This document shows, one piece after another, positions 25,129 through 38,293 of a stretch of 64,000 nt of DNA. Position 1 is the first letter of the stretch. Every line of letters begins with the position of its first letter. This stretch comes from Octopus bimaculoides (taxonomy: Eukaryota), in NCBI RefSeq assembly GCF_001194135.2, contig NC_068993.1, forward strand, positions 49,557,504-49,621,503. Reading direction: 5' to 3'. The position numbers and the translations under genes are program-made. Below the pieces are notes generated by a model, which did not search any database, was not told the DNA's origin, and worked only from the letters and a program-made list of their open reading frames with translations.

Positions 25129-26726
25129 GGTGCATATTTATATACATTTGTGCATTTATTATAGGTCAGTTCAAATTTCCAATAAGATTTAGTAAAATTC
25201 TGTGAACAACAGTAATGGACAGGAAAATTTAAATGTCTTATGTATGCAATGGAAGAATTTTAGCTCACTTTGAATTACACTGTATACAAGATATCTGCTT
25301 TACTGGTTTAAACTGTAAAAGCCACTATTGACTTCTTCAGCATTTGATGTTGTACCAGTGAAACTTAACCCTTTCAATGCTATACAACACAAAAGTTAAT
25401 TGACTGTTTATATTTGGCTGTTTCATCTCACATACTCCCATCTTTTTCATTCCTTTAATCAGTTCATCAAAAGCTGAGATTTAAAAGGGAAGGTGGTGGG
25501 AAACAAGTCGATGGAAGAAAGAGGAGAGAGAAAAGAAAAAAAAAAAAGAGAAATTCCATGCATGGAAATCAACAAATGAAATTTAGTATATCAACTCAAT
25601 CCTAGTTCCGTTATGGTAACTTAGCGAAGAATTAACCACTTCTTTAAGATCAGTTTCTCAAACCAGATGGCTTTCTTTTCTTCTCTTTTCTTTTTCAAAT
25701 AACAAACCTTTTCATCTCTAAAGCGCACAATAAACACTTCTCTAACGATGGACTTTCTCGTTTAGATTTTCCAGTTACGGCATTGTTAAACTTTTCTTTT
25801 ATTTGTCTCAAAATCTGTTTGGGAGTTGCTACTTCTGACATATTGCTTTCCTTTCTCACTGTTTCTCTCTCTCTCTTTTCTATTACACATACACACACAC
25901 ACATACACACACACACACACACATACACACATACATTCTGATTAAAAATACTCTTGTAGAAATTAGTATATTGTTGCTGTTCTGTTAACATATAATTAAC
26001 TTTGGTGTACAGCCTGCTTAACCACCTTCATAGTTTTGTGTGTTCCATATTATAATAGGTCTTTTTCTAATTTCCAAATTTGAAACAAAACAAAACTAAA
26101 CTAAACAGAAAAACAATTAACACCACTACTACCACTACCACTACTATTACCACTACTACTACTACTACTCACCACCACCATTCTTACTGATAATAATAAA
26201 TGAAGAAAATAGCCGGCTATGGAGATTCATTTATCCCTTATATATATATTTTTTATATGACTAATCTCAACATCTATATAAGTTTGTTTTTTTTGTTCTT
26301 TTTTCTTTTATCTTTTCTTCTTGCCTGTCTTCATTTTTCTATTATGAGTTTGTCTGAAATTTCCTTTGTCATCCTACACTTCTTCACATTCCTCATCTGA
26401 TCCCCCCCTCCCACCACCACTTCATTCTTTCTTTCTTTCGTTCTCTCTTTTTCCCCCCTATTTCTCTTCTTGATGCTCTTCTACATTGACATTGAGCCAA
26501 CCACATACCAACTGTCATTTATTTCTCGTTCAGGCGTGCATGTGTGCATACATATATATATGTGTGCGTGTGAGTGTACGTGTATATNNNNNNNNNNNNN
26601 NNNNNNNNNNNNNNNNNNNNNNNNNNNNNNNNNNNNNNNNNNNNNNNNNNNNNNNNNNNNNNNNNNNNNNNNNNNNNNNNNNNNNNNNNNNNNNNNATAT
26701 ATATATATATACTGAGACATACACAG

Positions 26727-26783
<57 letters not shown>

Positions 26784-28869
26784 TTCATGAGGTAACTCCA
26801 GTCCTAGACTATCTGCTAACTAATTAATTATAGGGATAAACGACAGTCACTGACAGAAGATGGTAAATTATGACAAACCTAATATATTTCACTGACAAGT
26901 TTAATTTAGAAATTCCTTGCAGCCCCATCTCTTGTCCCATCAATTCCTTGAAATGTGGCTTCCTTATGCTTTTATACCCAACATTTTTCAATCATACACA
27001 GTAGATTCTACAAGATATTTTTAGTTGAATAGCTTACAATGCCATTCCGGTGTAAGAGTATGTATGTATACGTCTACTATGTGTGTGTGTGTGTCTCTGT
27101 GTTTTTCTCTCTAATCTGTCCTTACAAACACACATTTATGCCTATATATTCATTACTAGAAATACGTATATATGTGTCAACGTAATATACATATATATGC
27201 ATATACTCTTCTCCTTTTTCTTCTTAATATTATTATATACATATATATACGCAGTAATTACACACATATTTGTGTGCAGTGTGAAAGTATGTGTTGTGCA
27301 TATAATAGATTTGTATGTAGTGTGTATGTATATGTATGTATATATATATATGTGTGTGTGTGTGTGTATTCAGAAACACACACACACGCATACATTCATG
27401 CATACACTCACGCACACATACAGCTGATCGAGAAAGCATGAATTTATATTATTATTATTTTCAGTATGTATGCATCTAATTTCTTAATACTTTATTGCTG
27501 TTATTCCAAGTCACTTTCACTTTCTTATTATTTACAATCTGCACTCATGTCTTCTCCCTCTCCTTATTTATCTATTTCATCTATTTATTTTACTCCCATA
27601 TTGTACTCTTCTCTCTCTCTCCACCCCCTAATTGCATTATAAATTTAAGCTCTCCACTCCCAACCCTAAACTACTTACTAACTCCTTCCCTCCATCCCTC
27701 CCGATCCTCTCCTCCCCAAAGATTTCCCATTTCTTCAGACTAGATGCAACTTCTTCAGGAATTATTTATTACCCTTGAAAAATTTAGGCTTTAAAACATG
27801 GTTGATGTAGAGAGGATGACTTATTTTGAAAATTACATATAAAGTGACAATTATAGACTTTTTTACTGCCACACCTCACCTAACCACATCTATTTTGCTA
27901 TTTTGGAAAGTTTAAATCTCAGTTTTCCAACATATATGTGCGTGCGTGTGTGTATACACCCATGTAATATAACTTTACAGTATATGATTGTATGTGTGTA
28001 TCTATGTATATCAGTGTTTTGAAATATATGTTCCAGAATATCAAATTCTATGCTTCAAATTAATTTTTCTTTTTCTTTTCTTTTATTTTCTTTCTCTAAT
28101 TGAAACTCTTTGCTGTTAGTATCTTCTTTTTTTTTTTTTTACTTCCCATTAAATATTTCTCATTAAAAGGTTTAGGTGTGTTAATAATTTGTTCTCATAT
28201 TTTCATCAGAATTTTTTTTTTTTTTTTTTTTNNNNNNNNNNTTTTTTTTTTTTTTTTTCTTTTGACTGAAATGGGAATATTCCTCAATTCTGCACCAACG
28301 CCGCCATTTCTCACTATCCCTTCATCACCCTAAATGACGTTCAGTTCACTTAGTATTATATTAATCTTACGTCGTTGTCATATCAAAAGGAGGGTTGTAG
28401 CTCAGACGTGTATAGCATTTAATATAGAGTCTTGATTCTTCCATAATTAAGAAGGAGCCATATTTAAAGCTCAGCTTAGATCAAAGAAATTCCATATATG
28501 GCTTTATCAAATAATCCTGTCAGTTGACCTAGTGCAATGCTTAGCTTAATATGGCTAATATTTGTTAGGTAAGTTAAATATTATAGCAGGTCTGTCCATG
28601 TCCCTGGGGTGGGGCACTACTGTTGGGTATTAGAGTGTACAACTTGGCAATCATAGATAATCACAGTACAATCCTTCAAAACTGGATATTCTTTATAAGA
28701 AATCTATGGAGCCATAAATGACCCTAACAACTGATTAAAAATCCTTCTTGTAGAAATTTAGTGCTGATTCAAAGAATGGAGTAAGTGAATAACATCATAT
28801 TTCATATTATTAATTATTAATCACCATCTTTTCAACTGTTCTTTATGAGTTTCTGCTGCAGTACTATAT

Positions 28870-30164
28870 GTACTTATAAGTGTTCCTGAGCTGTGTGCAG
28901 CTTGTTTTGCTGTGGAATTTGTTTTAAAGATTTTTGTGTTATTTAAGTGTTTTGTCTATTGGTCTGGAGTTTATGCAATGCAAGTTGTTTTATTTTGCAG
29001 GATAGTGTGTATCTTTCCCATGTGCTATGCGATTGGTGTTTTGTGTTTTGGTGTTAGTGACTGTATACAGAATGTGCATCATTGGTTGTGTGATATAAAC
29101 AAGAACAAGTGGAAAGTCTATAAGATTTGAGTTCTGTGAGCTGTTAATATTATAATAGGGTGGCTGGATTATATAAGTCTATGTGTGGTGTTATGTTATA
29201 GGCTGGTGGAGTCTGTGGAGTATATATTGTGTAATATTGCTTGATAGTAATTATATATTGTGTAAGCTGTGTTATTTTATTGGGTGATGATTATATAGAG
29301 TATATGTGTTTTGTGGAGAGAGTCTACTATTTCAGATATTCCATAGAATTGCATGCAGAGAAATCTTCATTGTGTGCAGGGGTAGGTGTATTTTAACTTT
29401 ATATTTTCTTTGCAGTAGTAGCTTTGGAATGTTGTTAGTTTCCTGTTTTCTCAGTCTAACTAAGCTCTACAATGTAATTCACTTCTAGTTTATTATGTTA
29501 AGGTTGTAATTTTATAAGGATGTGAACTGTATTTATAACTATTATATTATTTCTAGCATCATGTTCACTTTTTTTTATATTACCTTGACTCTTCTGTAGG
29601 ACTCTTTCCTAATTTTCTCCTTCATTTCTTTGTTGTATCTTACCAGTTTCATTTATTCTTAAGCATTTGTATCGCTGGTTTTGCTCTAATTCTCTCATTT
29701 TGAGCATCTGTATTTAATTTTAAATTCTTAGTTTTAATGACTTTGCCTCTTCTAGTAGTTTTGACACATTTCTCTAATGTCTTGCTCGGTTTTATGTCTT
29801 GGGAGAATTTATGAACAAATTTTAGTAGGTTTTCCTATTAGGCATTATCCCTTGTAAACATTTTAAATTTATCCCATTATAGATGGAGATGATTTATCGT
29901 CTGTCCATAGCATCGATAACCATTGGTAATATCATTCAACAGACTTGTTAAGAGCACAGGACTAGATAAAAGAGTAGCAGAGATAATGAACCACTCTATA
30001 AAATTCCACATCTTATGGGGATTAGGCTGCCTTTAATTAACATCTTTTTTACCTTGTCATGCTGTAGTTATTATTCATTTTGTCTAAAATATTAGTAATG
30101 TCTCCTAAGAGTTTGGGATGCTTTCAAATTCCTTTTGGTAATCAGTCCAGGACCATACCAAGGC
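28870..30164 (-). mobile_element. Decayed non-LTR retrotransposon ORF remnant, R4/Dong-like RT (RT-like portion ~29350-30164)
   Basis: Minus-strand translation across frameshifts and stops gives WTDYQKEFESIPNS* (W.DY.KAFDS.PHSW), SLLNDITNGY..QTINHL (RT catalytic region, INHLLYMDDLK), FSQDIK...LEKC (FS.DI.M.FGLDKC), RYKCLRINE (YKYLG) and MKEKIRKESYRRV, in the expected order. Confidence 0.8.
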
Positions 30165-33100
30165 TTGGTTTTCTCTTTTTTTTTGCTGTCTTCTTTAATA
30201 TCCCAATTCACTAGCAGCTTCCCTTTTATTTAAGGTGTTGTTGTTGTTATTATCATCATCATCATCATCATCATCATCATATGAATAAAGTTAATGATAT
30301 AGCAGAAGCCATGAAGCAAGGTGCTAAAATTCCTAGTATGCTTGATCAGAGCTGACTTGAAGCTTAGCAAGACTAAAATTAAATTAAAAAAAACATTTAC
30401 TAATCACCCCTTCTAAAATCCATATTCACAAGATGTATTGCTTAAAGTCAAAATTCAAGGCCTTTTCTGTGACAATAATATAACAATCATTTAAAATAAT
30501 CCCTTTACTTGATATGTGACTGTTTTAGTTGACATTTTTTTTTATGTGAGATAATTTACCCACATACACCAACTATATGCATGAATTTGTATGCCAAGTG
30601 CAAACATGTGTGCAAACATGTGTGCAAACATGTATAACATTGCATACACATGTACCAAATACACTCATATCTGCATAAACATTAGCATGAAAAATGCACA
30701 CACATGCACAACTATTCCCAGTTAACAAACATGTATGCATAAACATGCAATGCACACATAACCCAGCATACATGAAATATAATGCACACAAAGCACACAA
30801 ACATATCCATCCTCCACTCAATGCACATGATGCTTGGATGCTAAATCATACATGCAAGGATGTAGGTAAATATATTTGCACGTGAATATTTACATTTTGA
30901 TTGGTTTATTTACTGTAGGTTCTTCTTAAAGGGTTCTGTTTTAAATTTATTTGATAGCAGTTAAAATCTTTGGATAATCTCTATTTCTCAATAGAAAATA
31001 CTTGACATCATGCAGTTTGCTCTTTCAAGAATCAAGTTATTGACCTACGGTTTCAATACCCACAGACAGGAATTAGCACAGCTTCTACTGGCTAATGGCT
31101 CTAACTATGAGGAATTACCTGGAATTCTATCCACCTTTATTTTATTCTCTTTAATAATCTAGTATGACCTTAAGCAGAAATACAGAAGTTCTATGTAAAT
31201 GAAATGAAATTGTCAATTTAGAACAAGTGGATTACTTTCTTCTCTCCTTTTGCAAATGATTCTGGTTTTAGCTTAAGCTAGGAATATTTCCTCCATTACA
31301 AGCTTAAGTGCTTTTAAAATGGAAACATTTCGTTACAATGATTTGTTATTATCTCTGTTTGCATATTGCAGCCATAAATGCACTATCGTAGTTAAAAGAT
31401 TTAGTTTTGGCTTGGAATTATTCTTCAATGCTTTCCACTGATCAGATAGGGGTGGTAGGTGTATGTCAGCTAGAAGAATTATATATGCATTTATATATAT
31501 ATATATATCTATATATATATATATATATATAAAGTAAAATAAAAAAATAATTAAAGAAAGACGTATTTCTTTTAAAATATATGAATAAATGTGAAAACTC
31601 TTACAGAGATATTAACTCCTCTCTTTATAAAGAAGAGAAAAATGAAATAAGATTTTGGTCACTGTATAGGTTAATGTTTATTTTTAAATCTTTTATTTTT
31701 TAATATGTTTCATTTAAGAGGTGTCTTATAAAACCTCTTACAGACCTCATGGTGTGGAATCATCTTGAGTTAAAGACTGAATTCTATTGCTTGTTTATGA
31801 ATCTATAAACCTAGTTGCTCAGTATAAATGGTGTTTAAAATCTACTTGTACTCACTCCAGGTATTTTATATGACTTTTTTTAAAGTTCAAAATCTACAGA
31901 AGTTACTAAAATAGCTGTAGTGGCTATGAAAATGTTAGGTAATGTATTTTTCTTGTTTGAAAAATTCAATAAAGAAATATTCCTTTTTTTTCTTTTTTTT
32001 TTCTTTTTCTTTCCATTTTGGTGTTCTGGCAGCTGAAAATGAAACCACTATGACAATTCTTTGAGCTCTTACTGGGATGCTGTCTGGTATGTTTGTGTGT
32101 TGCAGCAGTACCAGCACAGTTGTGTTATAAATAACAAGAAAGTGAAAAGTACCTGTTAGCCATGAAAATGCATAAATTCCTCCATCCTGCTAACGCATAC
32201 AAACATGGAGAATTATTGATGGAAACTACCAGGAAAAAATATTTTTAAAGCATTAGAAATAAAAGTTATGCGTTTTGTTTCATGTAGTTTTGTTAAACCC
32301 ATCTCTTAATTGCGTGGCTTTCACCAAAATGTTTGTTCATCTATAATCTCTTTTGTTCTTATCCAAATTGGTAAATATCCATATTCTCTTTGAAGACCCA
32401 ATTAGAAAGGGGCTTCTTACCTCATGAATATATCTCTTGTATCTATTCTCTCGTAATTACTCCTTACAATGAACCACATGCAAGCATAGTAATTAATTTA
32501 TTTGAAAAGCTGTTGGTGATGTGTGATTTCTTTTAATCCAGCTTTGTTTTATGCGTTCTATTTTTATCTAATATATTTATATATTTTAAGAGAACAAATA
32601 TGGGTCCATAGACTGCAAGAACAAATTGTTTTATTTAATTTTCTTAAATCTTTTTTTGTTTTTTTTTTCTTAATGTATTTTTTTTCTTCTAACTTTGAAT
32701 ACTATACCATATAAAATGCAGCCTCATATATGGATAGATGATCAAGGCTGGAATTAAAATGGCTGACTGAGACTTAACCATTTCTCACCTACTCTGATGT
32801 CTACTGTGATGTCTATTCCTGTATTGATCAGTTCATACTGACATACTGATCTATTAGAGACAAATTTAATAGCCATATTTAATGATTGGAAATAAAAGTT
32901 TTCTTCTTGACTTAGATATTCTAAAAGCTGGATTTTTTCCTTTTCCTTTTATTTTTGCATTTTTTCTTTTTTATTATTCTGTTTTTCCAGCAATTCTATA
33001 TCACATTGATTATTGTAATTTCTTATCTTAGTAAATTTCTTTGCTCATGTTTCAATACAAATTTTCATCTCAGGTGATTAATTGATCGAAAATTTCATAA

Positions 33101-34040
33101 AAAAAAATCTGTTTGTGATTTCCAAAAAGAAAAGAAAAAAAATTATATATAGAAATGAACAAAAATAACCAAGAGAATAGATGATAAGCTTTGCTTCTGA
33201 ATAATTTAGTTTACCAAACTTGTTTATAGTTTATGAGTCAATTTGGTATAACTATTGTCTGGCTTATTCTAGAACTGCCCCTATAATTTCTTTTTCTTCT
33301 ACACTGATATTTGGTTAGTGAAATCAAAGCTCACATTCTCAGCAGCTATGAAAAAGAGCTAACGAGTTGCAATCGTCAACATTCCAGCCTAAGCAAATTT
33401 TTTTTTTTATTGATTCAGTTAGATCTCTCCAGTACACCTTCAGCCTGCCAACAGTTGCTTCTCACAATTGACTGATGATTCACGAAAAATAACCCACTTT
33501 CTATGTGCTTGGTTATGATTGTTATTATTGATCAATAAAGCACACAATTTTCCTATTCTGTGTGCTGTTTCAGGTAACTAGATATATCAGGACACTTGTC
33601 TTTGTGTCATCTATATGTTTTGACCTATTGCTTCGCCATATGTATATGTGATTCTAGCTACAATTGGTTATATGAAATACTTTGTCTACTTTGTGTATAA
33701 AACACTTTCATTCCCCTTTAATATCAGACAGATATTTATTCAACTTACATCTATGAGAAACATGTTCAGCTTTTATTTTTATCTTTTCATTTTACCTATG
33801 ACATATGTTCATTTCACTTTTGGTTAAGATCTGTTCATTCCAGTCTTGTATACATGATACTTGTTTATCCTACTTTATTCTTTGACAGATTTGTACTCTG
33901 TATTCAGTCTATGGAAGACCTGTATTGTCATTCTGATCTAATGTACAAGAGACCATTTCACCCTACTTTATTGTTTGACAGACTTGTTCTCTCTACTTTT
34001 GTCTGTGGGAGACTTCTTTGCTTTATCCTATGACCAGTTC

Positions 34041-34812
34041 TTCTGATACCAACCTGCCCGAGACCATTCTTGGTTCTTTGATACAAATCTCATGTTTTAA
34101 ACCGATCAGAATTAAAGTCCTCTGTCAAAATTTTAAGTTAATTTATGAACCAAACACCAGCTTAATATAATCTCATCTATAATAAGAAACATGAAATTCT
34201 GTCTGTCTGGACCCCTGTATCTCAGTCTACATTTGCTCTACAAAGACATATTATACCTTTTTGGAATCAGGATGATCCAAGGATTGAAAATCTGCTCTCC
34301 ATTTGGTTTTTGAACATCCAGCATTGGCATCTGATTTAAAAGCATTTGGATTGCTATTTCTAGCAGGTAAAGCTTGGCTGATTCACACCATCTTGGTTGG
34401 CATTTGTCAGATAATGTCAAAGATCAAGGGGGAGATAAGTGACATTCGCTTCATTAATTTTATGATGAGATAAGAACTTTGGGACAAACTGGTCAACAGT
34501 TGGAATTCAAATTGGGACTGGAACAATAGCATGATTGCATTACAGAATTGATTCTCATCCGGCCTTAACCTCTGATCAAACACCACCAGAGCATATAGTC
34601 ATTATAGACTTATTATAGTTGTGCTATTCATCTCTCTTTAGTTTTGGGCCACAAGCCCGATCAGCCCTTCGCAGGAGCTAGCTTAAAAGTCCACATGGAG
34701 TGCTGCTTTTAGGCTAGTTGCTTAATAAAAAGTTATTTCCCTAAATTTTATATTATTTTCAAAATTAATTGAAACAAAAATAGTGTAACTTAAAAGAAAA
34801 ATGGTAACAAAA
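34041..34812. mobile_element. Degenerate MITE-like element (11-bp imperfect TIRs) interrupted by a ~550-bp insertion
   Basis: TTCTGATACCA (34041-34051) matches the reverse complement of TGGTAACAAAA (34802-34812) at 9/11. The internal segment 34168-34719 is bounded by the direct repeat GCTTAATA (34160-34167, 34720-34727). Confidence 0.45.
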
Positions 34813-36733
34813 TGGTTTATCTATAAGAAGCTTATCTATATATTTTTTTCTGCTAGAGAGGGATCTGATCTATTTTTTTGTTGAGAGACACCTGTTCAAT
34901 CTACTTTTGTCTATGGCAGACCTGCTTATTCTACTCCATTCTGCGATAGACTATTCTTATTACTCTGATGCTTAGATTATTTTTAAATGCTTATATTGTT
35001 TCAACTTGTTATTGTACATTGAACACTGTTACTCAGTGTTTGTAACAAGGTACTGACATTTCATTATTTCACCTGATACATTGCAATTCCCATTTTGCTT
35101 ATTAGAACTTCACTTGAAATAAGTACAGGCTTTATCTTCAAAGAACTACAGTTTGTTTTGGGGATATAGCCAGCTTGCTATGTATTAATATCCAGTAGAA
35201 TTGGCAGGAACTTATTGGATGAAGATCGAGGGGGTGTAGAAAACGGAAACAGCATAGACATTGCAAATAATGGCAATGCGGATATAGTTACTTCAGTCCA
35301 CACAGCCTGTTTGACAGACCTGTCATTGTTTGTGAATTTAATAATCTGGACACTTTTTTTGTAACCACATTTCCATTTTTTTCTCATTAATACTGTTACC
35401 ATTACCAATTGGCACTTATATTTAGTGTCGTATCAAAATGTGTCCACTTAATCAGAGACATTTTCTGGCTCAGATATCTGACAAGAGCATTGCTTTTGTT
35501 AGAGAACCATTATTGCCAGGCTGAAAAAGCCATTAGGAAAGGGATGTCAGTTGAGTTGATCAATCAAGCAGAAAGTGTCTGCCAAAACAGCCTATCTATT
35601 GGTCCCTTGTTTATCAGTAAGCTATTGAAGCCAGTCTCTGATCATACAATGAAATAATTGTCTTCAGGAAAAAGTAGCTAAGTGAAAAATAAATAAATTA
35701 AAGGAATGGGAAAAAATATAATAAAATATAATAAGGAAACAACTGATAAAACTCATTCCTTGGTTAGAATTATCTATTCTCCCAGTTAGTGACATTGGCG
35801 AATTGTCTCTGGTATTGTCTAAGAATTTTCCCTTTATTTATTGAATATTTTGGAATTGACTGGATGTTGGTTTTGAAGGAATACTTTTCAAATAAAATTG
35901 GCAAATTTATATTTTATGTGATACATTAATACCTGATATTTCACATCTTTTTTACTCTTACTTTTATTCTTTTATATAATAATGTCACAATATGAGTTAG
36001 GATGGAGAGAAAATATGATGTATTATTGTTGCTATTCACAGGTTCTTATATAGGTATAAATAAAAAAATTTAAAAATTGCATCTATATCTATCTTTATGA
36101 TAATCCGAAAACATTTCCTTTTATTTCTTAAATTCCTTCACAATATGTCAGACAGAACTGTGACTTGAACCAGAGAGCCAGAGGAAAGCAGTTGAAAACC
36201 ACAACCGAGTTTTAATTCTTGAGTGCTGCAGTTTGATTTAATTTATGCTGACTGATACCATGAACATTACAATATTACATCTTATTTATCTCTTTAAAAA
36301 AAATTCAGATCTTTATATCTAAACAATACAAATCAGAAATATCAGTGTGGACTGCTGGATTTAAAGTGTACCAGTGTATTATAATATATGTTCAAAACTA
36401 GGCAACAAGTGTAACTTCATTTTTTTGTTTATCCTCATAATTTCAAGCATTATATTCCTTACTTTTACTGTTCTCTGTTTACTGCTGAACAGTATTTGTA
36501 TTAACATACTATAATAGTAGTAGTTTCTCCACAGATAAGTCTGTGTGTTTCTGTGTTTTTGTCCTTCACCTTTTTATTATTCATCTTTGATTTTTAATTG
36601 GTAAAGAAATAGAATATAAGAATAAAGTAACATTAAAGAAATTTCAAATCACAAGCCTCAAAAATAGTTTCTGGGCAACACTGTTTTCTTATGTTGTTTA
36701 GATTCTACAGCAGTAATTGTTTTCACCTCAATA

Positions 36734-37210
36734 GACGTCAGTGATTGGTTGAAATTACACAAATGCGACAACTTTTTACATGAAATAACTTCGAATACAA
36801 AAATTTTTATCTGTTCTATAACATTATAAGAATTGGATGAGATATGATGGCTCGGCCATCTCTCCCCAGTTCTTATATTAATCATTAAATCCAGAAATAC
36901 AACAACACGAGGGATAACGGTAACAACAGATCAATAATTTATTCTAGGTTGGTGTAGAGCCGTTTCGTTCCTGGGTTAACAGGCATACCGCTAAAATACC
37001 AAGGAAGCTTCGACCACACGTCGAGGTCGAGCTGAGAGAGCCTGGAAGAACGTGTTGTCACGACCGCTGCTAGAGAGAAAAGAGATCGAACGCTATTGCT
37101 CTCTCTCCACCTGTTGCATTGCGCATGCATGCTCGGGTACTTCTGCTGACGGCAAGTCCCTTGCACATGCGCAATGGCACTTCCCAAGATGGCGGCCACA
37201 CGCGCCACTA
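36734..37210. promoter_or_regulatory. CpG-rich promoter-like island, probable minus-strand TSS near 37082
   Basis: The most CpG-dense non-repeat segment in the window. TCT-initiator-like CTC(+1)TTTTC on the minus strand (37084-37077), NRF1-like TGCGCATGCA (37120) and TGCACATGCGCA (37162-37173), YY1 CAAGATGGCGGC (37185-37196), CRE-like GACGTCA (36734) and reverse CCAAT TGATTGGTT (36742-36750). Minus-strand donor candidates at 36999 and 36988. Confidence 0.6.
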
Positions 37211-38293
37211 CAACATAAAATATACATGAAAGTGTTTCGGTACCAAAAACACTACATACAACATAAATGAAAAATGTTGCCCGTCAAACCAAAAAGATCC
37301 TTTAATTTTGTCTATTAGCCACATCATATAAACACACATGCACACACACACTTTCTCACTCTCTCTGTCTCTCTCTTTCTTACGCACACACACACACTCA
37401 CACACATATACAAATGGTAATCTTAGCCTGTTTTTTGCAACTAACTACATAATAGTCAAGGTTCAAATTTCAAAAATATAGTACTTCTAATAATTCATAA
37501 AAAATGAATTTGAAATTCAAGTAAGACTGATGTAAGGAGCCTGGTAAATTGCTACAGTAAAAAGAAAATCCCTATAGACTGAATTAAGGTGTTCACTTAA
37601 TTATAAGAAGGATAAGTTAAGGTCCTTGAGGAGTACAGCAATATAGATGTTGAATTATAGAGGATTTGAAATGATGGCTATCAAAGTTGTGGTAAATATA
37701 GTTTTCTATATTCTTCAATTTATTATTTTTTTTTTCTTTGCCACTACATATTTGATTACATATTTCACAGCAGTTTTAAATTGGCAAAAGATAGCAGTAT
37801 GGAAAGGAGGAAGAAATCTTTGTTTGAACTATGTCAACATGAAGACAGGATCTGAACTTACTTAATGAGGCCAGAGAGAAAAACAAACAAAAAAAAATTA
37901 AAAAAATAAAATCTTTGGTGTGTTGTTATAAATAAGGATTCATTCATGTGAATGAACAAGATCAAGTTAAATTACTGTGTACATGATACTCAGCTGTCCC
38001 GTGGCTTCTTGGGTGCTTATGTTAGTCACTTGGTTTTGATACTACACCATAATGTCAAGCACCACTAATCTGTGTTTCTTACTTTTAAAAGGTACATGAT
38101 TTCCAACATGCACATGTTACACACACACACAAAGTCCAATCCTTGTAAATACAGAAAAATAAAACTTATAATTATGAAGATAATAGTGATATATAGATAT
38201 ATTTATCAATTATATTTGTGTGTGTATGTAAATACGTATGTACACCACCCACACAGACACGTGTGTGTGTGTGTGTAAGTATGTATGTACGTA

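Noticed and set aside
32033-32086. Well-bounded 54-nt plus-strand exon (cag|ctgaaa...tctg|gtatgt)
   Set aside because: All three frames contain stops, so at most it is a UTR or non-coding exon, and nothing else supports it.
36700-36830. SAM-domain-like FTSIDVSDWLKLHKCDNF
   Set aside because: Only the first helix pattern fits and the frame stops soon after. The DNA overlaps the CRE/CCAAT promoter motifs.
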